Made by a program: the position numbers and the translations under genes
Source of the DNA: Bdellovibrionales bacterium
GTDB taxonomy: Bacteria > Bdellovibrionota > Bdellovibrionia > Bdellovibrionales > UBA1609
Assembly (NCBI GenBank): GCA_965199825.1
Contig: OZ241329.1
Location: 864,001 to 928,000, forward strand
DNA length: 64,000 nt
Reading direction: 5' to 3'
The notes under the pieces: model-generated
Database searches by the model: none
What the model saw: the letters and a program-made list of their open reading frames with translations, nothing else
Told to the model about the DNA's origin: nothing
Part shown: positions 40,055 to 49,618 of the stretch, piece by piece
Layout of the letters: every line of letters begins with the position of its first letter
How positions within the stretch are numbered: the stretch's first letter is position 1

Positions 40055-40298
40055 TGAGTCGGGCGTGCTTTCTCTGCATTTTATTTTCAATTTTCGTTGA
40101 CACATTTTGTTGCAGCTTTAGTTGGCCTACATTTGAATTTTACGAGGCAAAACATTTTTTCTTCTGCGCTGAACATTGCAAATGAATTGTAGAGACAAAG
40201 ACTAAGCAAACAGTGGCGTTGAGCACTCCATCTGACACGCCTTAAAAACTGGTTTTTGAAAAGCCATGATACACTTCTATCATAAACAGGAGATATTT
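40045..40298 (+). other. Conserved non-coding leader of HNH copy 2 (candidate structured RNA or element end)
   Basis: Shares TTGACACATTTTGTTGCAGC, TGGCCTACATT, TGCGCTGA, ATGAATTGTAG and CTGGTTTTT.AAAAGCCATGATACACT with the reverse complement of 12416-12658. Confidence 0.6.
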
Positions 40299-41123
40299 AT
40301 GGATCATTCAAAAATTCATTTTAATGCGGTGACCGCCGCCGCAGCTCATCGCAAAACCGAAATGGAATTGCTCAATGCTTTGGAACTCGTTTGGAAAAAT
40401 AAAACCTTTTCGCAGTATGGCTGTCGTTCAATGTTTGAATACTCAACTAAGGAACTGAAGCTGTCCGAGGAGATGGCGAGTATCGCAAATAAAATCGCAA
40501 AAAAATTTACCGAACTTCCCGAACTTAAATTAAAAATGGAATCGGAGGAGCTGTCCCTTTCAAAAGTGAATCGCATCACCGCAGTCGTTAACAAAGAAAA
40601 TGTCGATCACTGGGTCAATGTGGCCAAAGGGACTAAACGCCATCTCGAAAAAGAGATTGCAAAGGTCCAACCCGAAAAAGTCATTCCTGAGCGGGCACGA
40701 TATCAAAAGGCGGGTGATACGTTGAGAGTCGTGATTTCATATTCAATGACCCAGGAAGAATTTGCGATGCTTGAACGAACACAAGATCTCTTAAGTCAAA
40801 AATTGAAACGCCCGGCTTCAATCGCTGATGTTCATCTGGCGGCACTTAAGGAGCTTCATCAAAAGCTTGACCCATTAGAAAAACCGATTCGCCAAAAATC
40901 TGCGGGCACGATAAAGTTAACCATTAATCTTAAGCGAAAAGTCCATCACAAATTCAATAGTCAATGCAGTCATGTCGATGAGAAAGGCGAACGATGTGCT
41001 CAACGTCGCCACCTTGATATCCATCACATTATTCCACAATCAAAAGGTGGCACCCATGAGGAAGACAACCTTACGATATTATGCGCTGGCCATCATCGTG
41101 CCCACCATCGAAAAGTACACTAA
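40299..41123 (+). CDS. HNH endonuclease with N-terminal helical region (copy 2, 274 aa), between deoC and pdp
   Basis: Same HNH motif as copy 1; AGGAGA SD before ATG 40299. Confidence 0.93.
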   Translation: MDHSKIHFNAVTAAAAHRKTEMELLNALELVWKNKTFSQYGCRSMFEYSTKELKLSEEMASIANKIAKKFTELPELKLKMESEELSLSKVNRITAVVNKENVDHWVNVAKGTKRHLEKEIAKVQPEKVIPERARYQKAGDTLRVVISYSMTQEEFAMLERTQDLLSQKLKRPASIADVHLAALKELHQKLDPLEKPIRQKSAGTIKLTINLKRKVHHKFNSQCSHVDEKGERCAQRRHLDIHHIIPQSKGGTHEEDNLTILCAGHHRAHHRKVH

Positions 41124-41195
41124 GAACACCCGTTAACTCTGAAACAAATCCCAAAACAACTTGAATCTTTCAAAAGACCCACACAAAATCAGCCC

Positions 41196-42500
41196 ATGTA
41201 TCTTGCAACCGAACTCATTCGCAAAAAACGCACGGGTCAGGAGCTGACGCTTCATGAGCTTCAATGGATGATAGGTGCCTATCTCGCCAACGAAGTTAAA
41301 GATTATCAAATCTCGGCATGGCTCATGGCGGTTTGCCTTAAAGGGATGACTCCTCAAGAAACTGTTTACCTCACTCAAGTGATGCGCGACAGTGGTGAGG
41401 TTTTCGACCTCCAATATTTAAACAAATATTGCGTCGACAAACATTCGACCGGTGGCATTGGCGACAAGACAAGCATGATCATTGCTCCGCTTGCGGCCGC
41501 GGCGGGACTGGCAGTCCCCATGGTTGCGGGCCGTGGACTTGGGCACACCGGGGGGACACTTGATAAGCTCGAAAGTATTCCACATTTTTCGACAAGCATT
41601 TCGCCCGAAAAATTTCGCTCGACGCTCGAGTCACTTGGATTTGCTATCGTTGGGCAAACTCCAGAAATGTGTCCGGCGGATAAAAAACTTTATGCCTTAA
41701 GAGATGTGACCAGCACCGTCGATTCAATTCCGCTCATTTGTGCGAGCATCATGTCGAAAAAATTGGCGGAGGGTTTGAACGGATTAGTTCTTGATGTGAA
41801 GTTTGGCAGCGGAGCTTTTATGAAGGATCTTAACTCGGCCCAAACTCTTGCAAGATCTCTGATTGAGATCGGGAATGGTTCGAACGTAAAAACAAAGGCC
41901 CTTCTTACCAATATGAACCAACCTCTCGGTCATAAAATTGGCAATGCTCTCGAGATACAAGAATGTGTGGACATTATGAATAACAAAAAATGCTTGATTG
42001 ACGGTGTCGATTTTTATGCCGACACGCGAGAGCTCAGTCTTGAGCTTTGCGCACATATGCTTCATCTTTCAAAGCCTCAAATTAATTTCGAAGACTGCAA
42101 ACGAGAGGTCACAGAGCTTTTAGAATCCGGAGCGGCATTAAAAAAATTCAACCAGCTTTGCGATGTCCAAGGACAGGGTTATCCTGAAAAATTTGAAATG
42201 CCGTATGCGCCCTACCCGCTGGTTGCAACCAAAGACGGCGTGATCGAAGGTATGGATGTGGAACAAATAGGAATTGCCGCAATTGAAATCGGTGTGGGTC
42301 GCAAAACGGTAGATGGTAAGATTGATTATTGGGCGGGGTTTGAAATGAATGTTAAAGTTGGAAGCCCAATCAAAAAAGGCCAAACCCTTTTAAATATTTT
42401 TGCCAAAAATCCACAAACAATAGAAAAGCAATTGCTCAACGCCATTACGATTGGGACTTCGGCAAAACCGTCACCTTTGATTGCCGAGGTGATGCAATGA
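41196..42500 (+). CDS. pdp: Thymidine/pyrimidine-nucleoside phosphorylase
   Basis: DKHSTGGIGDKTS, GRGLGHTGGTLDKLESIP, SIMSKK, DVKFGSGAFM. Confidence 0.93.
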   Translation: MYLATELIRKKRTGQELTLHELQWMIGAYLANEVKDYQISAWLMAVCLKGMTPQETVYLTQVMRDSGEVFDLQYLNKYCVDKHSTGGIGDKTSMIIAPLAAAAGLAVPMVAGRGLGHTGGTLDKLESIPHFSTSISPEKFRSTLESLGFAIVGQTPEMCPADKKLYALRDVTSTVDSIPLICASIMSKKLAEGLNGLVLDVKFGSGAFMKDLNSAQTLARSLIEIGNGSNVKTKALLTNMNQPLGHKIGNALEIQECVDIMNNKKCLIDGVDFYADTRELSLELCAHMLHLSKPQINFEDCKREVTELLESGAALKKFNQLCDVQGQGYPEKFEMPYAPYPLVATKDGVIEGMDVEQIGIAAIEIGVGRKTVDGKIDYWAGFEMNVKVGSPIKKGQTLLNIFAKNPQTIEKQLLNAITIGTSAKPSPLIAEVMQ

Positions 42501-43333
42501 TGAAGCAACTCCTCGAAGCCAAAGATTTTATCGAGAGCAAATCAAAGTTAAAACCTGTGATTGGACTTACTTTAGGATCTGGTCTTGCCCAAATTGCTAC
42601 AGCAATAAAAATTGAAACCGAAATTGATTTTAAAGATATTCCGCATTTTTCACCTTCGACTGTTGAGGGTCATCCCGGAAAACTTTTGCTTGGCACTCTT
42701 CATGGAATCCCGGTGGCGGCCCTACAAGGTCGCGTGCACTTTTATGAGGGCCATTCCATCCAACAAGTTGTTGTTCCCACTCGGGTACTGGGACTTCTTG
42801 GAGTGCGACTTTTAATTTTGACCAACGCGGCTGGTGGTTTGCTCGACAAAATGACACCTGGCGATTTGATGGTGATCGAAGATCATCTCAATTTCACCGG
42901 GCAAAATCCTTTGATCGGTAAAAACCTCGACGTATTAGGGCCGCGATTCCCTGACATGACAGAAATTTATAGTAGAAAACTCAATCACGAACTCGAAAAA
43001 ATTTTAGAGCAATTGAAACTTAAATTTCATCGTGGTGTGTACTGTGGATTAACGGGGCCTTCCTATGAAACCCCGGCCGAAGTAAAATACCTTCGTTCAT
43101 TAGGCGTAGGTGCGGTCGGAATGAGTACCGTCGCCGAAGCAATTGCCGCACGTCATATGGGACTGCATGTCGTAGGACTTTCTTGCATCACAAATGTTGC
43201 GGCGGGTTTGCCAAATTCAAAAATCTTGTCACATCAAGAAGTTAAAGACGTCGCTGCCCAAGTTGAAAAATCAATTAGCGATGCGCTTGAAACCTTTATC
43301 CAGCAAGTCGCTCGGCAATATTTGCCGCTTTGA
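42497..43333 (+). CDS. punA: Purine nucleoside phosphorylase (trimeric type)
   Basis: LGSGL, GRVHFYEG, TNAAGG, GPSYETPAE, VGMST, TN. Confidence 0.93.
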   Translation: MMKQLLEAKDFIESKSKLKPVIGLTLGSGLAQIATAIKIETEIDFKDIPHFSPSTVEGHPGKLLLGTLHGIPVAALQGRVHFYEGHSIQQVVVPTRVLGLLGVRLLILTNAAGGLLDKMTPGDLMVIEDHLNFTGQNPLIGKNLDVLGPRFPDMTEIYSRKLNHELEKILEQLKLKFHRGVYCGLTGPSYETPAEVKYLRSLGVGAVGMSTVAEAIAARHMGLHVVGLSCITNVAAGLPNSKILSHQEVKDVAAQVEKSISDALETFIQQVARQYLPL

Positions 43334-43398
43334 ATTTCTCGACTAACTTCTTTTAAAAATCTGAATCACAATTAGAGAGTAGCAAAGGGGAGGGCCAC

Positions 43399-44655
43399 AT
43401 GGATGTGGGTCGTTTAGGAATCGTTGCGCTGGCATTGCACATGATTGCATGCTCGTCATCGAAGACAGTATCGGGAGTTTTCCCGGTGATGAAAGAGAGT
43501 TGTGAATCCACCGCGGTTCATAATCAATTTTTGGTTAAGTGGACCAACGGAAGTATCACGACAGAAAAAGCAAATAGTCGCGAAGATTTTATTAGAGAGT
43601 TTGTCGAAAAAAAGCTCGATCAAATAGAATTTGTTGAGCAGGATCAAAACGTGGCAGTGCCCGTTCGACATGCTGCTGCTGTTGATTTGGAGTTTGCCGA
43701 CAATTGGGGTGCTGCGCGCATTCATGCCGATGATGTTTGGACTCAAGGCATTCGAGGGCAAGGAATTAAGATTGCGGTGATCGACACAGGTGTGGATGTC
43801 ACACATCCTCAACTCAAAAATCAAATCGCATACAATCAGGGCGAAATGGGTCTCGATGATCAAGGTCGCGATAAATCATCAAACGGAATTGATGACGATG
43901 CCAATGGCCTGATTGATGATTGGGCGGGTTATCATTTTCTTTTAAAAACCGGCGACGGTGTGGATGCAGCCGATCATGGCACTCATATCTCTGGGATCAT
44001 TGCGGCCGAGCATTATGAAAACACAATCACCAAAGGTTTTGTTCAAGGCGTTGCACCCGATTCAAAAATTATTGCTTCAGGATTTATGGATCATAGCGGA
44101 GGCGGAAAAATCTCAACCGTAATCAAAGCTCTCGATTATGCGGTTTCAAGAGGAGCAAATGTGATCAACGCCTCTTGGGGCAGCTCTTCGTGTTCGGCCA
44201 ATTTAAAAGAAAAGATTGCGAGTCTTTACGATAGAAATATCGCGTTTGTCACCGCCGCTGGAAACGAAACCACCGATATCGATTTCTTTCAGCAATTTCC
44301 TGCTTCTTACAATTTGAAAAATGAATTCACGATTGGAGCCATCGGGCCGTACAATGCAATGGCCGATTTTTCAAATTACGGCGATGCCCTAGCCCATCTT
44401 TTTGCTCCTGGTGTGGACATCTACTCTACCGTTCCTGGTGGAAAAATTGCGGCAATGAGTGGAACAAGTATGGCTGCACCTTTTGTGACAGCTGCAATCG
44501 GTCTTTTGATGTCGCATCGACCAAGTGCAGATCTTGATCAAATTCGACAGGCCATCTACCAAAGTGTTGAGACAAACTCGCTCTACAGAAATTTGACTCA
44601 TGGTCGCCTCAATGTGGCTAAAGCTATCCGTGCTTTAGAGTTGCTGGTTCCGTAA
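43399..44655 (+). CDS. Lipoprotein subtilisin-like serine peptidase (S8)
   Basis: Lipobox MIAC; catalytic triad motifs IDTG, HGTHISG, SGTSMAAP. Confidence 0.93.
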   Translation: MDVGRLGIVALALHMIACSSSKTVSGVFPVMKESCESTAVHNQFLVKWTNGSITTEKANSREDFIREFVEKKLDQIEFVEQDQNVAVPVRHAAAVDLEFADNWGAARIHADDVWTQGIRGQGIKIAVIDTGVDVTHPQLKNQIAYNQGEMGLDDQGRDKSSNGIDDDANGLIDDWAGYHFLLKTGDGVDAADHGTHISGIIAAEHYENTITKGFVQGVAPDSKIIASGFMDHSGGGKISTVIKALDYAVSRGANVINASWGSSSCSANLKEKIASLYDRNIAFVTAAGNETTDIDFFQQFPASYNLKNEFTIGAIGPYNAMADFSNYGDALAHLFAPGVDIYSTVPGGKIAAMSGTSMAAPFVTAAIGLLMSHRPSADLDQIRQAIYQSVETNSLYRNLTHGRLNVAKAIRALELLVP

Positions 44656-44715
44656 CACGCGGCTTCAAATGTTTTACTTTGGCCCACCTACTGATGATGG
44701 TAATCCTGTTAGACT

Positions 44716-46005
44716 ATGGGAATTACAATTTCAGAGTTGGGCTCTCACGTCGGAAATACAGTCGAACTCAAAGGCTGGGTTTATAACTCTCGCTCATCGG
44801 GAAAAATAAAATTTTTGCTTCTGCGCGATGGCAGTGGGATTTGCCAGTGCGTTTTTTTTGGTGGCGACTGTGAGCCCTCGGCTCTTGAGCAATTCGAAAA
44901 GCTCACTCAAGAAACAAGTGTCCGGGTCACCGGAATTGTAAAACAAGAAAAACGAAGTCCCGGCGGCTTTGAACTCAGCGCCAAGTCACTCGAAATTTTG
45001 GGCGACTCACCCGACTACCCGATTTCGCCCAAAGAGCATGGTCCTGATTTTTTGATGAGCAATCGTCATTTATGGATTCGATCAAAAAGGCAGCATGCGA
45101 TACTCAAAATCAGAGCAGAGCTGGTCTCAGCCATTCGTGATTTTTTTGATGGGCGCGGATTTACTCTGACCGATGCGCCAATTTTTACTCCCAGTGCCTG
45201 CGAGGGAACTTCGAATCTTTTTGAAACAAAATATTTTGATGAAAAAGCGTATCTTTCCCAAAGTGGACAACTGTATATCGAAGCCACCGCTGCAGCTCTC
45301 GGCAAAGTCTATTGTTTTGGGCCTACCTTTCGTGCTGAAAAATCAAAGACACGTCGCCATCTGATCGAGTTTTGGATGGTCGAACCCGAAGTCGCATTTG
45401 CAAATCTTTATGACAATATGGAATTGATGGAGCAGTTTGTTGAATACATCGTTCAGCGAACCATAAAAAATCGCGCCGAAGAATTTTTAGCACTCGAGCG
45501 CGACACAACATCTTTAAAAAATGTGATCGGACCTTTTCCAAGAATTCATTATGATGAAGCGGCCGCGATCGTAAAAAAAGAAAATCCCGAATTTGAAGTC
45601 GGCAGTGATTTTGGCGCAACCGACGAAACCATTATCAGTTCAAGATTTGATAAGCCGGTGATGGTTCATCACTACCCTTCAAAAATAAAAGCGTTTTATA
45701 TGAAGGCTGAACCCAAAGATTTAAATTATTCTTTAAGTGTGGATATGCTTGCCACCGAAGGCTACGGTGAAATCATTGGCGGCGGACAGCGCGAAGATAA
45801 TCTTCAACTTTTAGAAACCAAAATTTCAGAACACGGTTTGAATCGAAAAGATTTTGAATGGTATCTCGATCTTCGTAAATATGGCACCTTTGAACATTCT
45901 GGATTTGGCCTTGGACTTGAGCGAACCGTATCGTGGATCTGCGGACTCAATCATGTTCGCGAAACAATTCCGTTCCCAAGACTTTATGGACGTAACTACC
46001 CTTAA
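44716..46005 (+). CDS. asnS: Asparagine--tRNA ligase
   Basis: [46 protein letters not shown]. Confidence 0.95.
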   Translation: MGITISELGSHVGNTVELKGWVYNSRSSGKIKFLLLRDGSGICQCVFFGGDCEPSALEQFEKLTQETSVRVTGIVKQEKRSPGGFELSAKSLEILGDSPDYPISPKEHGPDFLMSNRHLWIRSKRQHAILKIRAELVSAIRDFFDGRGFTLTDAPIFTPSACEGTSNLFETKYFDEKAYLSQSGQLYIEATAAALGKVYCFGPTFRAEKSKTRRHLIEFWMVEPEVAFANLYDNMELMEQFVEYIVQRTIKNRAEEFLALERDTTSLKNVIGPFPRIHYDEAAAIVKKENPEFEVGSDFGATDETIISSRFDKPVMVHHYPSKIKAFYMKAEPKDLNYSLSVDMLATEGYGEIIGGGQREDNLQLLETKISEHGLNRKDFEWYLDLRKYGTFEHSGFGLGLERTVSWICGLNHVRETIPFPRLYGRNYP

Positions 46006-46018
46006 TTAAGGCAGGCAT

Positions 46019-47578
46019 ATGACCGAATCTGTGACTCTTAAGCGCATTGCCGATCTTGAAAAACGAAATGATCAGGCTTTTGTTGGCGGCGGCGAAGAGC
46101 GGCTTGCAAAACACAAAGTCGGCACACGATTGACCGCACGCGAACGTCTTGATGTTCTTCTTGATCCGGGAAGTTTTGTTGAGATCGATCGATTTGTCAC
46201 TCATCGCTGTACCAATTTTAAAATGGAAGACACACGCACCCCAGGTGATGGCGTCGTTACAGGTTATGGCCGAGTCAATGGTAAACTGGTTTTTGTTTAT
46301 AGCCAAGATTTTACCGTTTTCGGCGGATCGATGTCGCGCACCCAAGCCAATAAAATTATCAAAATCATGGAGCTTGCATTAAAAAATGGAGCACCCGTCA
46401 TTGGATTGAATGACTCCGGTGGAGCTCGCATTCAAGAAGGGGTCGAAGCTCTTGCCGGCTATGCCGATATCTTTTTAAAAAATGTGATGGCCTCAGGTGT
46501 GGTGCCACAGATCAGCGCGATCATGGGCCCTTGTGCTGGGGGTGCGGTTTATTCTCCTTCACTTACCGATTTTATTTTTATGGTTCGCGACACCTCTTAT
46601 ATGTTTGTGACCGGCCCTGATGTGATCAAAACCGTCACTCACGAAGACGTCACAAAAGAAGAACTCGGCGGAGCAATCACCCACAATCAAAAATCGGGTG
46701 TGGCACATTTTGCGACTGATGATGATCGCAATTGTTTGCTGATGATTCGTGAACTGCTCAATTTTTTGCCCTCAAACAATGTGGACGACTCACCTGTTTT
46801 GCCCACAAGAGACCGACCTGATCGAGTGGAAGAAAGTTTAAATACTCTTATTCCCGACAATCCCCGCAAACCCTATGACATGCTCGATTTGATCGGCAAA
46901 ATTGTGGACGAAGGTTACTTTTTAGAAGTCCAAAAGCATTTTGCCAAAAATATAATTATTGGATTTGCACGTCTCAATGGGCGAAGCATTGGTATCGTGG
47001 CCAATCAGCCCTCTGTTCTTGCCGGATGTTTAGATATCGATGCGAGTCGCAAATCAGCACGATTTGTGAGATTTTGTGATGCTTTTAATATTCCAATTTT
47101 GACTCTGGTTGATGTTCCCGGATTTTTACCCGGCACCAATCAAGAATGGGCCGGCATCATCACCCATGGAGCTAAACTGCTTTACGCCTATGCCGAGGCT
47201 ACCGTTCCAAAAGTCACCTTGATCACGCGCAAGGCTTATGGCGGCGCTTACGATGTGATGTCATCAAAACATTTGCGTGGAGATATTAATCTTGCCTACC
47301 CCACTGCAGAAATTGCGGTGATGGGTGCCGATGGTGCGGTCAGTATTATTTTTCGTAATGAAATCAAACAGGCCACCGATCACAATTCTGAAAAGTTGCG
47401 GCTGACCAAAGATTACGAAGACAAGTTCGCAAATCCCTACGTTGCAGCCGAACTGGGTTACATCGACGAGGTCATTGAGCCTGCAAGTACACGAAAACGT
47501 CTGATTGATTCTTTTGAAATGTTAAAAAATAAGCGCGACACCAATCCGCCGAAAAAACACGGCAATATTCCTTTATAG
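46019..47578 (+). CDS. pccB: Acyl-CoA (propionyl-CoA) carboxylase carboxyltransferase subunit
   Basis: [37 protein letters not shown]. Confidence 0.93.
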   Translation: MTESVTLKRIADLEKRNDQAFVGGGEERLAKHKVGTRLTARERLDVLLDPGSFVEIDRFVTHRCTNFKMEDTRTPGDGVVTGYGRVNGKLVFVYSQDFTVFGGSMSRTQANKIIKIMELALKNGAPVIGLNDSGGARIQEGVEALAGYADIFLKNVMASGVVPQISAIMGPCAGGAVYSPSLTDFIFMVRDTSYMFVTGPDVIKTVTHEDVTKEELGGAITHNQKSGVAHFATDDDRNCLLMIRELLNFLPSNNVDDSPVLPTRDRPDRVEESLNTLIPDNPRKPYDMLDLIGKIVDEGYFLEVQKHFAKNIIIGFARLNGRSIGIVANQPSVLAGCLDIDASRKSARFVRFCDAFNIPILTLVDVPGFLPGTNQEWAGIITHGAKLLYAYAEATVPKVTLITRKAYGGAYDVMSSKHLRGDINLAYPTAEIAVMGADGAVSIIFRNEIKQATDHNSEKLRLTKDYEDKFANPYVAAELGYIDEVIEPASTRKRLIDSFEMLKNKRDTNPPKKHGNIPL

Positions 47579-47587
47579 GAGAGTGCA

Positions 47588-49090
47588 ATGTTTAAAAAAA
47601 TCCTAGTCGCCAACCGCGGTGAGATCGCAATCCGTGTGATGCGCTCATGTCGTGAACTCAACATTCCAAACGTTGCGGTTTATTCAGAGGCGGATCGCAA
47701 CAGTCTGCATGTGCTCTTAGCGGATGAGGCGTATCCCATTGGACCCGCTCCATCAAATCAATCCTATTTAGTTATCGAAAACATTCTCGAGGCCGCAAAA
47801 AAAGCGGGAGCTGATGCCATCCATCCTGGCTATGGGTTTTTGAGCGAATCTGCCGAGTTTGCCGAAGCCTGTGAAACAGCTGGAATCACTTTTATCGGGC
47901 CGACAAAAGAAAATATATTGGCCATGGGAGATAAGCTCGCCTCAAGAGAATTGATGAAAAAAGCGGGTGTGCCCACAGTGCCTGGCAGCGAAGGTGTGAT
48001 TCGCACAGTAGAAGAGGCCGAAGAAGCTTCGCATAAAATTGGCTACCCTGTGATGATCAAAGCCTCGGCGGGTGGTGGCGGTAAAGGGATAAGAGTTGTT
48101 TATGATAAAAAAGGGCTAAGCTCGGCCTTTCGCAGTTGTCAGTCCGAAGGTCTAAATTATTTTAAAGACGACCGAGTTTTTATCGAACGCTTTGTTCAAA
48201 ATCCAAAACACATCGAAGTTCAGGTTTTTGGCGATAAGCATGGCAATGCGGTCCATCTCTACGAGCGCGAATGCTCAATTCAACGACGGCATCAAAAATT
48301 AATTGAGGAGTGCCCCAGTATTTCAGTGCCTCAGGATGTGCGCGAAAAAATGGGAGCCATCGCTGTCAAAGCGGCTCAATCAATAAAATATGTGGGCGCA
48401 GGGACTATCGAATTTATTTTTGATAATTCGACCAAAGAATTTTTCTTTATGGAAATGAACACCCGACTTCAGGTGGAGCATCCCGTAACAGAACAAGTCA
48501 CAGGAATTGATTTGGTCCAAGAACAAATTTTTGTGGCAAGTGGTCGACCTTTGTCTTTTAGTCAAAAAGACATTCAACAAACCGGTCATGCGATTGAGCT
48601 TAGGATTTGTGCCGAAGATCCGGTTACGTTTGTTCCAAGTCCTGGCAAAATTCGTAAGTGCCGAATCCCAACTGGTCCTTTTGTGCGCTTTGATGGCTAC
48701 TGTTATCCCGATTACGAAGTCCCAATTTATTATGATCCCATGCTCGGAAAACTGATCACCTGGGGCCCCACGCGCGAAGTCTGTATTAAAAGAATGCAGC
48801 GAGCCCTCGCCGAATTTATGCTCACCGGGATCAAATCCAATATTGTTCTTCATCGAAATATTTTGATCCATCCCAAATTTTTAGATGGCTCTTACACAAC
48901 CCAATTTGTTGACCAAGAACTTGCGGGCCAAAAGCAAAAACAATTGTTTATGTTTGTGGATGAAAATGTCTTTTTGATTTCGGCAGCAATCACCGCCTAC
49001 AATGATTCAAAATCAAAAGATGTTGCGGGCTACAGTTACACAAGTCGTTGGAAAAACGATGGCCGCTCTAACGCTTTAAGGAAACGCTAA
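47588..49090 (+). CDS. accC: Biotin carboxylase subunit
   Basis: ANRGEIA, HPGYGFLSE, GGGGKG, ERECSIQRRHQK, EMNTRLQVEH. Confidence 0.93.
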   Translation: MFKKILVANRGEIAIRVMRSCRELNIPNVAVYSEADRNSLHVLLADEAYPIGPAPSNQSYLVIENILEAAKKAGADAIHPGYGFLSESAEFAEACETAGITFIGPTKENILAMGDKLASRELMKKAGVPTVPGSEGVIRTVEEAEEASHKIGYPVMIKASAGGGGKGIRVVYDKKGLSSAFRSCQSEGLNYFKDDRVFIERFVQNPKHIEVQVFGDKHGNAVHLYERECSIQRRHQKLIEECPSISVPQDVREKMGAIAVKAAQSIKYVGAGTIEFIFDNSTKEFFFMEMNTRLQVEHPVTEQVTGIDLVQEQIFVASGRPLSFSQKDIQQTGHAIELRICAEDPVTFVPSPGKIRKCRIPTGPFVRFDGYCYPDYEVPIYYDPMLGKLITWGPTREVCIKRMQRALAEFMLTGIKSNIVLHRNILIHPKFLDGSYTTQFVDQELAGQKQKQLFMFVDENVFLISAAITAYNDSKSKDVAGYSYTSRWKNDGRSNALRKR

Positions 49091-49618
49091 ATGTACTTTG
49101 AAGCCACCAGCAACAACATCAATTACGAAATCAATGTGAGCGAAACCGCCCACGGATATCGGGTGAGCCTCAAGGCCGATGGCGAAGAATGGAAGCATCA
49201 CGATATTCTGAGCGACGATTACCAAACTCTTGATAGCGCAATCAGCTTTATTTTTGGCAACTCCAGCTACCTTGTGGATGTTGTTGGGAGTGGCACCGAC
49301 TACACCGTTTACACCCGCGGTACATTTCGGGGTGTTAAAATTTTTAATGAAGAAAAACTTCTTCACGAATCTCTTAAAGGCAAAAACAATTTGGCCTCTG
49401 GCGACACGCTGACATCAGGAATGCCAGGCAAAATCGTCAAGATCATGGTAAACGAAGGTGATGAGGTCGTAGCCGATCATCCACTGATGATTATGGAAGC
49501 GATGAAGATGGAAAACGAAATGCGTGCCTCACATCCAGTAAAAATAAAAAAGATTCATGTCAAAGCGGGCGAAAATGTTGATTCAGGCACATTGCTAATC
49601 ACATTCGAAACTCAATGA
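49091..49618 (+). CDS. Biotin carboxyl carrier protein
   Basis: [14 protein letters not shown] biotinylation motif. Confidence 0.93.
   Translation: MYFEATSNNINYEINVSETAHGYRVSLKADGEEWKHHDILSDDYQTLDSAISFIFGNSSYLVDVVGSGTDYTVYTRGTFRGVKIFNEEKLLHESLKGKNNLASGDTLTSGMPGKIVKIMVNEGDEVVADHPLMIMEAMKMENEMRASHPVKIKKIHVKAGENVDSGTLLITFETQ

Noticed and set aside
40098..40130. TTGACA in the HNH leader as a sigma70 -35 box
   Set aside because: There is no acceptable -10 hexamer at 16-18 nt spacing in either copy, so it is kept only as a conserved block.
39711..40185. ORFs 39711-40103(-), 39779-40057(+), 39815-40105(-) and 39877-40185(+)
   Set aside because: They are low-complexity translations of the G/T-rich tandem repeat, most overlap deoC, and the same-strand frame has stops in the copy-1 leader.
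12127..40587. Inversion of the 28-kb segment between the inverted HNH copies
   Set aside because: deoC and pdp-PNP remain co-oriented on either side of copy 2, so there is no sign that an inversion has been fixed. It remains mechanistically possible.
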